DNA from: Candidatus Aenigmatarchaeota archaeon
GTDB taxonomy: Archaea; EX4484-52
Length of the DNA: 64,000 bases
Assembly: GCA_023137195.1 (NCBI GenBank)
Contig: JAGLPV010000001.1
Location: 32,001 to 96,000 of the forward strand
Reading direction: 5' to 3'
The notes beneath the pieces were generated by a model that did not search any database, was not told the DNA's origin, and was given only the letters and a program-made list of their open reading frames with translations. Below, one piece after another: positions 1-9,469 of the stretch. Every line of letters starts with the position of its first letter. The stretch's first letter is position 1. Made by a program: the position numbers and the translations under genes.

Positions 1-1618
1 CTTTTATTTGATTTTTTGTCTGCTGCTCATCAAATTTGTTTATTTTCTCCAGTTCAAGAATTATTTTTTGTTCTTCAAGTCTTAAAAGGGCAAGTTGTTT
101 TTGTTCTTCGGTTATCTGTTCTTCCTGGATTTTTAATTCAACAAATGATTTTTCCAGGTATTTCAATTCTTCTTTTTTGTTTGTCATTTCATTCAGTTTG
201 TTTTTTAAAAAAACAATTTTTTCTTCAATGCTTTTTATGCTTGTGTTTATGTCATTTAATTCATTTGAGAGTTTGTCTATCTCTTTTTGATTTTTGTCTA
301 ATATACTTGATTTATGGGTGTGGCTGACATTTTGTTTGCATAAAGGGCACATAGAAAGAGAGGTTATTTCGTTGATTTCTTTTTCCATTATGCTGATTCT
401 GGTGTTTTTGGAGGAAGACAAAGCCCTGTCTTTTTGCAGGTTGGTTTCCATTTCAGTCATTTGTTTTTGAAAGGAAGATTCTTCTTTCGGGCATTGTTTT
501 AATTCTTCAATTTTTTTTTGAATATGATTTTCTCTCTCATTTATTTCATTTTTTTTTGTAATGATTTTTTCCTTGTTTTGTGCGTTTTGCTGGATTTGGG
601 CTAGTTTAATCTGTAATTTTTTTTTTATTTCATAATGCTCTTCTATTTTGTTTTGCAGGTTTTCTTTTCTTATTTTTAATTCATCAATTTCTTTTTTGTC
701 AAATTCTTTATTAAAGAGGGCGTTGAATGATTTCAGTTGAATCTGTATTTTTTCAATAGATAATTTTTCATCTTCTTCTCTTTTTTTTAATTCAGTTAGA
801 TAGTTTGTTTTTTCGTTATGCAGGCTGGTCTGGATTTCGAATTTTTTTTTAATTTTCTCAAGTTTTTCTTCTTCCTTGTTCAGGTGTTCGTAATTTTTGT
901 TTATCTCATTTGCTTCTTTTGTCAATTCGTTCATCTTTTTTTCAGTTGCGTTTTTTTTGTTTTTTAGTTCAGAGAGTTCATGCTTTTGTTTTTCGTGATG
1001 TTTTTGATTATCTTCCAGGTTGTTAAAAATCCCTCTTAGGTATTCTCCTTCTTCGCGCATGTTTTTTTTGAATACAGATGCGTTTTCCCGGATTTGTTTG
1101 TATTGCTCTGTTGAAAATATTTTGCCGAAAAGTTCGCTCCTGTCTTCTTTTTTCATTCTTAAAATCTGTTTTGTTTCTTCCTGTGGATTATAGACTGTGT
1201 ATCGAAAGAGTAAAGACGGGTTTTTTGTGACCATGTCGGAAGGGTAATTTAGTAGGTTTATTATTTTAGAGCGGATTTCTTTTGGGCTGCAGAGGTAAGA
1301 GAGGTCGTCTATGATAAGTTCGCTTTTTGTCTGCGTGATTTCGCCAGTGTTGGTTTTTTTTAGACCTCTTTTTATTGAGATATTTTTCCCTTCAATTTCG
1401 AGTTTAAGGTTGACGCATGCGCTTGTTTTTCCTTTTCTTAAGAGAGAGCCGGCGCGTATGTGAGAGCCCGCCCCGAAAAGAGCAAATTCAATGGATTTTA
1501 GTATTGTTGTTTTCCCGCTTCCAATATCTCCTTCAAGTAGGACAACGCCTTTTGGGAAGAGAATTGTTTCTTCTTCGAAAGTCCTTATGTTTTTTAGGAA
1601 CAATTTCTTTAGGAGCAT
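1..1618 (-). CDS. rad50: Rad50/SbcC-like SMC ATPase (runs off the window start)
   Basis: Manual translation from ATG 1618: MLLKKLFLKNIRTFEEETILFPKGVVLLEGDIGSGKTTILKSIEFALFG (Walker A), then a long K/E coiled coil with a CPLC zinc hook near 335-350. Confidence 0.85.
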   Translation of the reverse strand, partial: MLLKKLFLKNIRTFEEETILFPKGVVLLEGDIGSGKTTILKSIEFALFGAGSHIRAGSLLRKGKTSACVNLKLEIEGKNISIKRGLKKTNTGEITQTKSELIIDDLSYLCSPKEIRSKIINLLNYPSDMVTKNPSLLFRYTVYNPQEETKQILRMKKEDRSELFGKIFSTEQYKQIRENASVFKKNMREEGEYLRGIFNNLEDNQKHHEKQKHELSELKNKKNATEKKMNELTKEANEINKNYEHLNKEEEKLEKIKKKFEIQTSLHNEKTNYLTELKKREEDEKLSIEKIQIQLKSFNALFNKEFDKKEIDELKIRKENLQNKIEEHYEIKKKLQIKLAQIQQNAQNKEKIITKKNEINERENHIQKKIEELKQCPKEESSFQKQMTEMETNLQKDRALSSSKNTRISIMEKEINEITSLSMCPLCKQNVSHTHKSSILDKNQKEIDKLSNELNDINTSIKSIEEKIVFLKNKLNEMTNKKEELKYLEKSFVELKIQEEQITEEQKQLALLRLEEQKIILELEKINKFDEQQTKNQIK

Positions 1619-1780
1619 AAAGAACAAGTAAAAAAGAATATTTTAAGTTTATATCTGTGATTTTTAGGATTATTATGTTTGATATCCTGTGGCTTGCGGC
1701 GTAATGAGAGTTTTTGTTTGAATAGATACTACGAAGTTCTGCTCTGGCGGGAGGTTCGTTTATCTTTAAAAAAAGTAAAA

Positions 1781-1788
1781 TTTATATA
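1781..1788 (+). promoter_or_regulatory. Archaeal TATA box with upstream purine-rich BRE-like tract
   Basis: AAAAGTAAAA-TTTATATA ending ~21 nt upstream of ATG 1810. Confidence 0.5.
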
Positions 1789-1809
1789 GCTGGTTTTCTT
1801 TAGAATTGT

Positions 1810-2448
1810 ATGAAAAAGACAACAGCAGAACTGACAGAAGAGTATATTGGAAAACATCCATATATTAAAAACTGCCTTAAGAAAGGTTTGATTAATTATT
1901 CTTCTTTAGCGCGGCTTATTGCTAAAGAATTAAATATAGAGAAGAAGACATCAAAAGAGGCGATTCTTGTGGCGGCAAGAAGGATGCAGAAAAAACTTTG
2001 CGAGAAAGTAGTTTATGAAAAGAAAATCATTGATTTGCTGGCAAAGTCAGAGATGGATATAAAAAACAAGATTAATGTATTTATTCTTTCAAAAGACATA
2101 AATCTGGATTATGTGGATGAAATTCAAAAAGATATCCGGAACTCTGTCGGGACATTCTACTGTCTAGAGGGGTCTGATAATTATACCATTATAACCCAGG
2201 AGAAACATTCCTGTTTGATAAAAGACAAGTTTGAATCAAATATAATTGTGCATAATAAAGACATGGTGCTGATTAATATAAAATCTCCAAAAGAGATTGA
2301 AGAAACAACCGGTGTTGTTTCGTACCTGACTAATTTGTTTGCGGAAAATGGGGTCAATATTGTGGAATTTTTTTCATGCTGGACAGATACATTGTTTGTA
2401 ATATCATCTCGTGATTTAGGCAGGACTATTGATTTTTTAAAAGTCTGA
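1810..2448 (+). CDS. ACT-domain protein with N-terminal HTH-like region
   Basis: LKKGLINYSSLAR N-terminus; C-terminal ACT fold (TTGVVSYLTNLFAENGVNIVEFFSCWTDTLFVI). Confidence 0.75.
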   Translation: MKKTTAELTEEYIGKHPYIKNCLKKGLINYSSLARLIAKELNIEKKTSKEAILVAARRMQKKLCEKVVYEKKIIDLLAKSEMDIKNKINVFILSKDINLDYVDEIQKDIRNSVGTFYCLEGSDNYTIITQEKHSCLIKDKFESNIIVHNKDMVLINIKSPKEIEETTGVVSYLTNLFAENGVNIVEFFSCWTDTLFVISSRDLGRTIDFLKV

Positions 2449-2548
2449 TATTTTTGTTGTAGATTAAGAGATGAAAAGAAAATAATAATTTAATTACTGT
2501 GATGATAAAAAAACGGGTTTTTGTTCGTATTGTGCAAGAGGATGCCGT

Positions 2549-2692
2549 TTATTTTGTTTCCTTGAAAACGACTCTTTGGCTGAATTCTTCCTGTTTTCCA
2601 AGGTTCCAGTTTTGTACAGGGCGATAATACCCGACAATACGACTGTATACTTCGCAAGGCATTCCGCAAACATTTTCTTTATTTTGATCCAT
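2549..2692 (-). CDS. 47-aa stand-alone class III RNR (NrdD) C-terminal glycyl-radical-domain peptide
   Basis: Manual translation MDQNKENVCGMPCEVYSRIVGYYRPVQNWNLGKQEEFSQRVVFKETK; RIVGY glycyl-radical motif plus WN-GK-EEF-R. Confidence 0.85.
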   Translation of the reverse strand: MDQNKENVCGMPCEVYSRIVGYYRPVQNWNLGKQEEFSQRVVFKETK

Positions 2693-2740
2693 GAATATAT
2701 GAGTAAGTTAAGAATATATATGTTTCGGTTTCATTAGATA

Positions 2741-3793
2741 ATGTCATTTGTGATTGAAAAAAGATTAGGAAAAATAAAGCAAGTTTTGTCAAAGAAAAAG
2801 ATAGATGCACTACTTTTTTATTATGATGGAGAGAGCAGGAATATAACACAGGCAAACCTGTTCTATTTTACAGGCATTTGGTTTTTAGAACCGGCGATAT
2901 TGATTATTTCAGGAAATAATTCTGAAAAAAATATAGATGATGTTTTATATACTTCGTATCCAATTGAGTCAGAAGTTCCATACAATGTAAAGAGAATAAC
3001 AAAGGCAGAAAAACTCTTTGCTAAAGACAAAGAGATACTGCTTGGGATAGACCAGGGATTTGGTTATTCATCTTATAAAAAATTAACAAAAAAATACAAA
3101 TTGTCCGGGTTTGTTGATATAACAAAAGACATTCTCAAGATGAGGAGTATAAAATCAAAAGAGGAGATAGCCAATATTAAGACTGCATGTAAACTCCAGA
3201 GGGAAATTTTAAGCGATATTGAAAACAAAAATCTGTTCGGCAGAAGCGAGAAACAATTGCAAAGCAAAATCGATATTGCAATACTGGAGCAGGGATGCAC
3301 AAATGCGTTTGAGACTTTAGCAGCAGTAGATAAGAATACGAGCTATATTCATCATCTTCCGACAAACAGTATTGCGAAAAAAAGTATTCTGCTTGATTTT
3401 GGCTTAAATTACAATCATTACAATTCAGATATGACGAGGATGTTTTTTAGTTCTGGTGTGGACGGGGTTGCAAAAGAAGCATATTCTGCTTTAGAGGAAT
3501 TGCAAAGCCAGATGGATGATTTCATAAAGCCGGGAATTTCTTTTGGGAAGATAACAGATTTTGCAAAATCCTTTTTGGAAGAGGACTACAAGGATTCCAA
3601 TTTCTCTAATTTTCATTTGCTTGGGCATGGAATCGGACTACATGTGCATGAAGCACCAGGATATAAAAAAGAGGAAAGAGTAGAAGAGAACATGGTTTTC
3701 ACAATAGAGCCGGGAATTTATGTGGAAGGTAAATATGGCGTAAGGTTGGAAGATACGGTTGTGATGAGAAAAAACAGGATTGAGCGATTGTAA
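2741..3793 (+). CDS. Xaa-Pro aminopeptidase (M24 family)
   Basis: D..SDMTR, HLLGHGIGLHVHE, TIEPGIY, GVRLED metal-binding motifs. Confidence 0.9.
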   Translation: MSFVIEKRLGKIKQVLSKKKIDALLFYYDGESRNITQANLFYFTGIWFLEPAILIISGNNSEKNIDDVLYTSYPIESEVPYNVKRITKAEKLFAKDKEILLGIDQGFGYSSYKKLTKKYKLSGFVDITKDILKMRSIKSKEEIANIKTACKLQREILSDIENKNLFGRSEKQLQSKIDIAILEQGCTNAFETLAAVDKNTSYIHHLPTNSIAKKSILLDFGLNYNHYNSDMTRMFFSSGVDGVAKEAYSALEELQSQMDDFIKPGISFGKITDFAKSFLEEDYKDSNFSNFHLLGHGIGLHVHEAPGYKKEERVEENMVFTIEPGIYVEGKYGVRLEDTVVMRKNRIERL

Positions 3794-3795
3794 AG

Positions 3796-4296
3796 TCAGA
3801 TAATATTTTTGATAATATCTTCTCCGTCAATATCCTCTAGATATTTAGAAACGGTGTTTGGGACAAGATTTTTCCATTCTTTTTCATCTAATATTTTCTC
3901 TCTTATTTTTGTTGAGTTAATATTTTGAAATAGTTCTATATCTACAACTTTGTATTTTTTTAGAAGAAAAAGTTTTTTTACAAGGGCGTTTCCTGTGTAG
4001 ATTACATCAAATTTCGGGCATAAGGACTCTACGTGCCTCACCCATAAGTCATTGTTATTTATGTCCGGGATGGCGATGATTTCATACTTGTTTTTTTCTA
4101 TATGTTCATCTCCAAGAGTGAGTTGAATCATCTTTTTTCTTTGCTTGTATGAGAAAGGGTTGTTTATTGTTCCCTGCTCCTGGCTGCTGCCGATTGCAAT
4201 AATGACTTTTTCACATTCATCCAATGCTCTTTGGATATCTTTTAAATGCCCCTTGTGAAATGGCTGGAACCTTCCGATAAAAAATGCAACAGCCAT
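3796..4296 (-). CDS. nadM: Nicotinamide-nucleotide adenylyltransferase
   Basis: FIGRFQPFHKGH, NPFS, NSTKIRE. Confidence 0.92.
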   Translation of the reverse strand: MAVAFFIGRFQPFHKGHLKDIQRALDECEKVIIAIGSSQEQGTINNPFSYKQRKKMIQLTLGDEHIEKNKYEIIAIPDINNNDLWVRHVESLCPKFDVIYTGNALVKKLFLLKKYKVVDIELFQNINSTKIREKILDEKEWKNLVPNTVSKYLEDIDGEDIIKNII

Positions 4297-4297
4297 A

Positions 4298-5092
4298 TTA
4301 TATTTTTAAAACAGGAATTGGATTGATTTTATGGGCGTTTTTCTTCATTTTATCTTCTATATTTTCAATTGTTTTTTGCTCGATGCATAAATTTTCAGAT
4401 ATTTCTTTTTTGCTCATTTTATTTTCCATGCAATAAAGGATTTTGTCCAGTAGCTCGTAAGTGATTCCCATCTCCTCCTCGTCGGTTTGTTTTTCCCATA
4501 AATTTGCGCTTGGCGGCTTTTCAATTATCCTGTCGATTACGCCGAGGTGCTTTGCCAATGTCCGAACCTGTGTTTTGTAAAGGTCTCCTATGGGGAGGAT
4601 GTCGACGCCGCCATCCCCGTTTTTTGTAAAATAACCTATGTCGAGTTCAGATTTGTTTCCTGTCCCGCAGACGATTAGATTGTTTTTGTGCGCAAAATCG
4701 CGTAGCAATATCATTCTTATTCTGGCGGAAATATTTCCCATGCCGACTTTATCGTCTGAAAAACCTTTTTTCTTTATTTCTCTGGAAATGTCGTCGATTT
4801 CAACAATAGAATATTTGATGTCCAGAGCATCTGCGGTTTTAATAGCATCATCAATGTCTTCTGCTTGGGTTGTAGCAGAGGGTAAGATTAATCCAAATGT
4901 TTTTTTGTTTCCTAATGCTTTTGTGCAAAGGTGAGCGCATACAGCGGAGTCAATACCTCCTGAGAGTCCGACAACAGCACCAGAAACATTTTTGGTCTGT
5001 TCCTGTATAAATTTGATTATCTTTTTTTCAATCAAGTCTGGTTGTATTTCAAGATTTAGATTAATATTTTTGTCTGCCATAGAAAATATCAT
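4298..5092 (-). CDS. nadE: NH3-dependent NAD+ synthetase
   Basis: GLSGGIDSA, GTGNKSE, GYFTKNGDG, PSANLW..QTDE. Confidence 0.95.
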   Translation of the reverse strand: MIFSMADKNINLNLEIQPDLIEKKIIKFIQEQTKNVSGAVVGLSGGIDSAVCAHLCTKALGNKKTFGLILPSATTQAEDIDDAIKTADALDIKYSIVEIDDISREIKKKGFSDDKVGMGNISARIRMILLRDFAHKNNLIVCGTGNKSELDIGYFTKNGDGGVDILPIGDLYKTQVRTLAKHLGVIDRIIEKPPSANLWEKQTDEEEMGITYELLDKILYCMENKMSKKEISENLCIEQKTIENIEDKMKKNAHKINPIPVLKI

Positions 5093-5892
5093 GTCCCTAT
5101 TTTTATATTTTTAATTATTTCTTTTATTTTTGCTATTCCTGATAGCGCCGCAAGATAGCTTGTTTTTGGATTGTCAGGGCAGGGGATGTTCTTTGTAATT
5201 GTTGTAATCTCCCCGAAATCGCCGGTTATTTTTAGTTCGTGGCAATTGACTTTTGAGTTTGGGTCTGCTATGATTTTTACTTTTGTTTTGGAAGGACCGA
5301 TTCCTGCCAGGCAAATGGTTGCAGATACATTTATGTTCTTTGGAAAAGCAGAGACGGCATCAAATACATTGCCCTCGAAAACCACGGTCTTTTCGCTGAT
5401 TTTATTCAAGTCAATGTTATTTTCGACAATGTATGGTGCGTCTTTAAGACCGCCGACAGGTTTTGTTGTTGTAAGGGTAACTGAGTCAATGTTGCAATTA
5501 TTTGCGGCTTTTAGCGCGTCAATTCCTGCAACAGCGCCGGATGGAATGTGGACGTTTACTTTTTCTTTTTTTGCTAATTCCAGCAAGTCCATGTTGTCTA
5601 TGAGTCCACCGACACTCATTATGAGAATGTCTGTGTGTTTTTTTATGCATGAATCCAGTATTTGCCGGACTGCATTTTTAGAGGATGTCTCAATTACGAG
5701 GTCTGAGGAGGTTATTAATTCTTCTAAGGGTGTGATTTTAGGGGTGTGCGTTAGTGAAGAGCATAATTCCTGTGCTTTTTGTTCTTCGACGTCATTTAGA
5801 GCAATTACGTTTATGTCTTCGTCTTTGTCAAAGGAGTTTGCAAGAATCGTGCCGATTGCACCGCATCCGATGATGCCTATTTTTAATTGCAT
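5089..5892 (-). CDS. nadX: L-aspartate dehydrogenase
   Basis: GIIGCGAIG Rossmann motif, PSGAVAGID, FPKNINVSA, NPKTSYLAA. Confidence 0.93.
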   Translation of the reverse strand: MQLKIGIIGCGAIGTILANSFDKDEDINVIALNDVEEQKAQELCSSLTHTPKITPLEELITSSDLVIETSSKNAVRQILDSCIKKHTDILIMSVGGLIDNMDLLELAKKEKVNVHIPSGAVAGIDALKAANNCNIDSVTLTTTKPVGGLKDAPYIVENNIDLNKISEKTVVFEGNVFDAVSAFPKNINVSATICLAGIGPSKTKVKIIADPNSKVNCHELKITGDFGEITTITKNIPCPDNPKTSYLAALSGIAKIKEIIKNIKIGT

Positions 5893-6095
5893 GTTATTTT
5901 GCAGTTCTAAAGCTTAAAAATATGTTGCATTTTGTGGAGTTGTGTAAAAACGTATATGTTTGTATAATGTAAAAATGTTGGCGTTCTATCCTATAAGCGA
6001 AGCAACAAAGAACTACCTGGGTTTCTCCCAATTGAAGAGAGACTAACATAAGGGCATTTTTGTTTTTGAACTTTTTCTTCTTATTTTAAAATTAA

Positions 6096-6578
6096 TTATA
6101 ATTTTTCTTCAAACAATTCTAATAATAAATCATAAATGGATTTAAAATCTTTAAACTGATTTGGTTTTTTTAAATGTTTAACATAATCATAATCAAGGTT
6201 TCTTAGCTCCTCAACCAAATATCTACTTAACTTTGGTTTCTTGTCACGATAAGAAGGATTTGTTTTATGACATCTTAAAAAATCTTCAAAATCTTCTTCA
6301 CTAAAATATATTTGTTCTTTATACTTTTCTATTTTTTCAGTTATCTTTTTTTGACCTAGTTCAAAAGTATCGGAATCGTAAACATATATGGTCATAGAAT
6401 CAATTCCTAATCTTTCAAATTTTGTAATTGCATTGTTTAAATCATTCTCATTAGAATTAGGTTTTAATACATAATTTTCAGATATATGTTTGTTACCTTT
6501 TAATGCTTCAAAATAATTTTTTTCAGAATCTCCCTCACAATATATGAAGATTGCCTTTTTAATCTTCTTTGTATACAC
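6096..6578 (-). CDS. RloB-like TOPRIM-fold protein
   Basis: IYCEGDSEKNYF and VYDSD acidic motifs; overlaps the upstream AAA_21 ATPase. Confidence 0.7.
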   Translation of the reverse strand: MYTKKIKKAIFIYCEGDSEKNYFEALKGNKHISENYVLKPNSNENDLNNAITKFERLGIDSMTIYVYDSDTFELGQKKITEKIEKYKEQIYFSEEDFEDFLRCHKTNPSYRDKKPKLSRYLVEELRNLDYDYVKHLKKPNQFKDFKSIYDLLLELFEEKL

Positions 6579-7752
6579 TTGGAACTCCTCCTAAAACGCC
6601 TTCTTTATAATAATCGCCATAATTTTTATTGATTTTTGTATTATCTCTGACAATACTATGAAGAATTACAATTTCACTTGTTGAATCTTTTTTATCAATA
6701 ATATTTATCTGGTCACTTCTTAAATAATTTAAAATCTCAGGTTGATGAGTTGTAAATATTAATTGTGAGTTAGTTTTATTATTTGCAAAGTAATTTATGA
6801 TAAATTCTACGATTTCAATATTGAATGAATTTTCAATTTCATCATACAATATTATTGAATCTTTTGATAGCTTTAGTAAATTATAAAAGATTAAAATGAA
6901 TTTTTGAGTTCCACTTGACTCTGCAATGAAATTTATTTTCAAATCTTTATTCTTATGTTTATGTATTAATAATAAATTCATAACATCTTCTTCTTCAATA
7001 TTTTCTCTTGTAATTGAATCCTCTTTTATAGTGATTGAAGTAATATTCTTCATTTTTCCTTTTACTAATTCTAAATCATGTATTGAAAAATCTGCAAAAG
7101 ATAATTTATCTAATAAATTTTCTTTTAATTTATTATCATTTAATAGAGAAAAGTCAATCGGATTTCTAAATAAATTATTGATAGTAAATATTTTAGTAAA
7201 AAAATCAAATACTGGTTTTAATGCCTTTGAATTCATTTGAACTGCTCTTGATAACATTAAAGTTTGAGGAATTACACTTGTTGATATTAATTTTAATTCT
7301 TTTTCATACTTTTCATTAAATTTAAATTCTTGTTTTTCCCTTGCAAATACTTCTGTTGGTTTTTGTGTATCGTATGCCTTAAGATATTCCTTAATTATTT
7401 TTTCATTAGTGTATGAAAAACCATAAATATATTTTTTATTCTCTGATATGAAAGTTATCTCAAATTCAGTAGGTTTACCAATTTCAGTTAAAAAAGGATT
7501 ATGTCTAATAGTAGTATTCACATTATGATTTTGAGAATTTAAAACCATCTTTTTCATAAAATCTAAACTCTCAATTAATGAAGTTTTACCAGAACCATTT
7601 ACTCCAACTAATCCTGTTACATTTAAAATATCAAGATTATTGATCGTGTTAATGAACTTATTTCCACTTTTTTCTTTTGATTTTTTAGTGAAATCAAGAG
7701 TTTGCTCATTTTTATATGAATTATAGTTTTTTAGTTTGAAATTAATTATCAT
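6559..7752 (-). CDS. AAA_21/AbiEii-type (RloA-like) ABC ATPase
   Basis: GVNGSGKT Walker A, ESSGTQK signature, ILYDEIE Walker B, QLIFTTH, Y..G.LGGVP C-terminus. Confidence 0.85.
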   Translation of the reverse strand: MIINFKLKNYNSYKNEQTLDFTKKSKEKSGNKFINTINNLDILNVTGLVGVNGSGKTSLIESLDFMKKMVLNSQNHNVNTTIRHNPFLTEIGKPTEFEITFISENKKYIYGFSYTNEKIIKEYLKAYDTQKPTEVFAREKQEFKFNEKYEKELKLISTSVIPQTLMLSRAVQMNSKALKPVFDFFTKIFTINNLFRNPIDFSLLNDNKLKENLLDKLSFADFSIHDLELVKGKMKNITSITIKEDSITRENIEEEDVMNLLLIHKHKNKDLKINFIAESSGTQKFILIFYNLLKLSKDSIILYDEIENSFNIEIVEFIINYFANNKTNSQLIFTTHQPEILNYLRSDQINIIDKKDSTSEIVILHSIVRDNTKINKNYGDYYKEGVLGGVPSVYKED

Positions 7753-7970
7753 AAGCCCATAAAGAATTAAATACTTATAAATCTATCGTCTATTTCTACA
7801 TTTTCTATTAATTTTTTAAAGAAAACAAGAAATTAACCTTTCTTAAATAAAGATTTATTTAAACCTTTTCATTAAAAATCGAAAAAATTTGATTTGGCGT
7901 AAGTTTAGGAACCCATATAATATCAACACAAATGTAATTAGTAATACTTTCTATAAAAACATCAACCCTG

Positions 7971-8160
7971 TGTTATCCCGATTTAATTTCCCCCCTCAAA
8001 TCGAATACATGTGGAAATTAAATCAAAAGAAAATCAAGTGGATAATAAGACCAAAAATAAACGGCATGAAAAACGTAAATATAGCACAAAGCCAAAATAT
8101 CAGCACCGGAAGAGTAAAACAATTATACTTAGAATACAAAAAAAACAGGCATCATACTAG
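7971..8160 (+). mobile_element. Truncated IS481-like insertion sequence remnant (left end plus transposase N-terminus)
   Basis: Starts TGTTATCCCG; perfect 12-bp inverted repeat GATTTAATTTCC (7980-7991) / GGAAATTAAATC (8013-8024); MWKLNQKKIKWIIR...IAQSQNISTGRVKQLY HTH; no catalytic core. Confidence 0.6.
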
Positions 8161-8208
8161 TATTAAATGGGCGAATGTCTGTAGTCCAAAACACATTATT
8201 TATGCGTG

Positions 8209-9336
8209 TTATTTTATAATTTTTCCTGCTTTTTTTATTATATCTTTATAAATCGAAAACTCATCAGAAAATTGCTCAGATGCTTCGTAATTACTAAATT
8301 GATATTCTTCATTTACACCAGTACTTGTACTTATAGTTATTGTTCCATATCTCACAATTGGAATTTCATGGTTACCTTTAAACCTTTTGTCAGGAGTTCC
8401 ATTTTTATTAACTTTTAACCATGTTTTATCTATGATTTTGGTATCATCAGGTACTTTATCTTGTTCCACAAAGTTTGTTTCGCTGAAATTAAATTCCAAT
8501 TCATTTAAACCGATAACACCAAAATCATTCTTGCCTTGCATAACTATAAAATTGGGATAAAAATATAGATCAGCACCATTTGCATTTTTTAAATACAAAG
8601 CTTTATTTTGATACTTAATATCATCTAAATCTTTAAAATCAAATTGTATCTCTGTTCTTAGAATGGCAGTCGAAGCAGCTGAGCGGGTAGCTATTCTGTC
8701 TTGCTCTTCTGCTCTCGTAATATCCCAAATTTTTTGAGAAGTTGTTAGTTTTTTAAAAGCTTCATATGCCGCTTCATATTTAGTCCTAAATTCCTTGTCA
8801 AATTCAACATCAAGTTTTACATAAGAATTATTTTTTTGTTCTTCCAACTCAATTATTGCATTCTTTTGTTTTTGTATGTTGCTCTTAAATTCATTTGTTA
8901 AATTTTTAGCTATAAAACCAAATATTAAGCCATAAATTACGAATAATTTAATTTTAGAAAAAAATAAATTTTTTTTAATTTTCTTAATATCTTTTTCAAG
9001 TTGTTTCCTTTGGTTATGAGCTTCAATTATAGATTTCTTGATGCCTTCCATGTCTTGGCTGGTAATTTTTTCAGGCTCAACACTAAAAATATTATCCTGT
9101 TTTTTAGGTATACTTTTTATTAGTGGCACTTCATTATATTGTTTTGTATCGGATGATATTTTTTGCCTTTTATGAATACCCGTCCCCAAAATCCTCGTAT
9201 TTAAGTAAGTGCCTTTTTTACCAAATGTTAAATTTACGCCTCTAATTCCTATCGAAGTGCTAATACCACTTTTACTTAAATTTAAACGTACGCCAGGAAT
9301 AATTTTAATTCTTCTTCTAAAGCTCCATAAAGACAT
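8209..9336 (-). CDS. DUF4236 domain protein with one TM segment
   Basis: FRRRIKIIPGVRLNLSKSGISTSIG N-terminal signature; C-terminal NKNGTPDKRFKGN. Confidence 0.8.
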   Translation of the reverse strand: MSLWSFRRRIKIIPGVRLNLSKSGISTSIGIRGVNLTFGKKGTYLNTRILGTGIHKRQKISSDTKQYNEVPLIKSIPKKQDNIFSVEPEKITSQDMEGIKKSIIEAHNQRKQLEKDIKKIKKNLFFSKIKLFVIYGLIFGFIAKNLTNEFKSNIQKQKNAIIELEEQKNNSYVKLDVEFDKEFRTKYEAAYEAFKKLTTSQKIWDITRAEEQDRIATRSAASTAILRTEIQFDFKDLDDIKYQNKALYLKNANGADLYFYPNFIVMQGKNDFGVIGLNELEFNFSETNFVEQDKVPDDTKIIDKTWLKVNKNGTPDKRFKGNHEIPIVRYGTITISTSTGVNEEYQFSNYEASEQFSDEFSIYKDIIKKAGKIIK

Positions 9337-9469
9337 ATTAGTGTTTTTAAGTGTTTAAAAGTTTAATAAGTATGCTTAATTTACTACATTCTTACTGTTT
9401 TTAAAATCGTTTTCGGATTCGTCAGTTGGTGGAAGAGAAAACACATTATTTTCACCTCCAATCACTTGC

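Noticed and set aside
16-1620. Plus-strand ORFs 16-327, 36-290 and 1417-1620, and the many other antisense ORFs in the track
   Set aside because: They are Phe/Ser/Leu-rich shadows of well-supported genes on the opposite strand.
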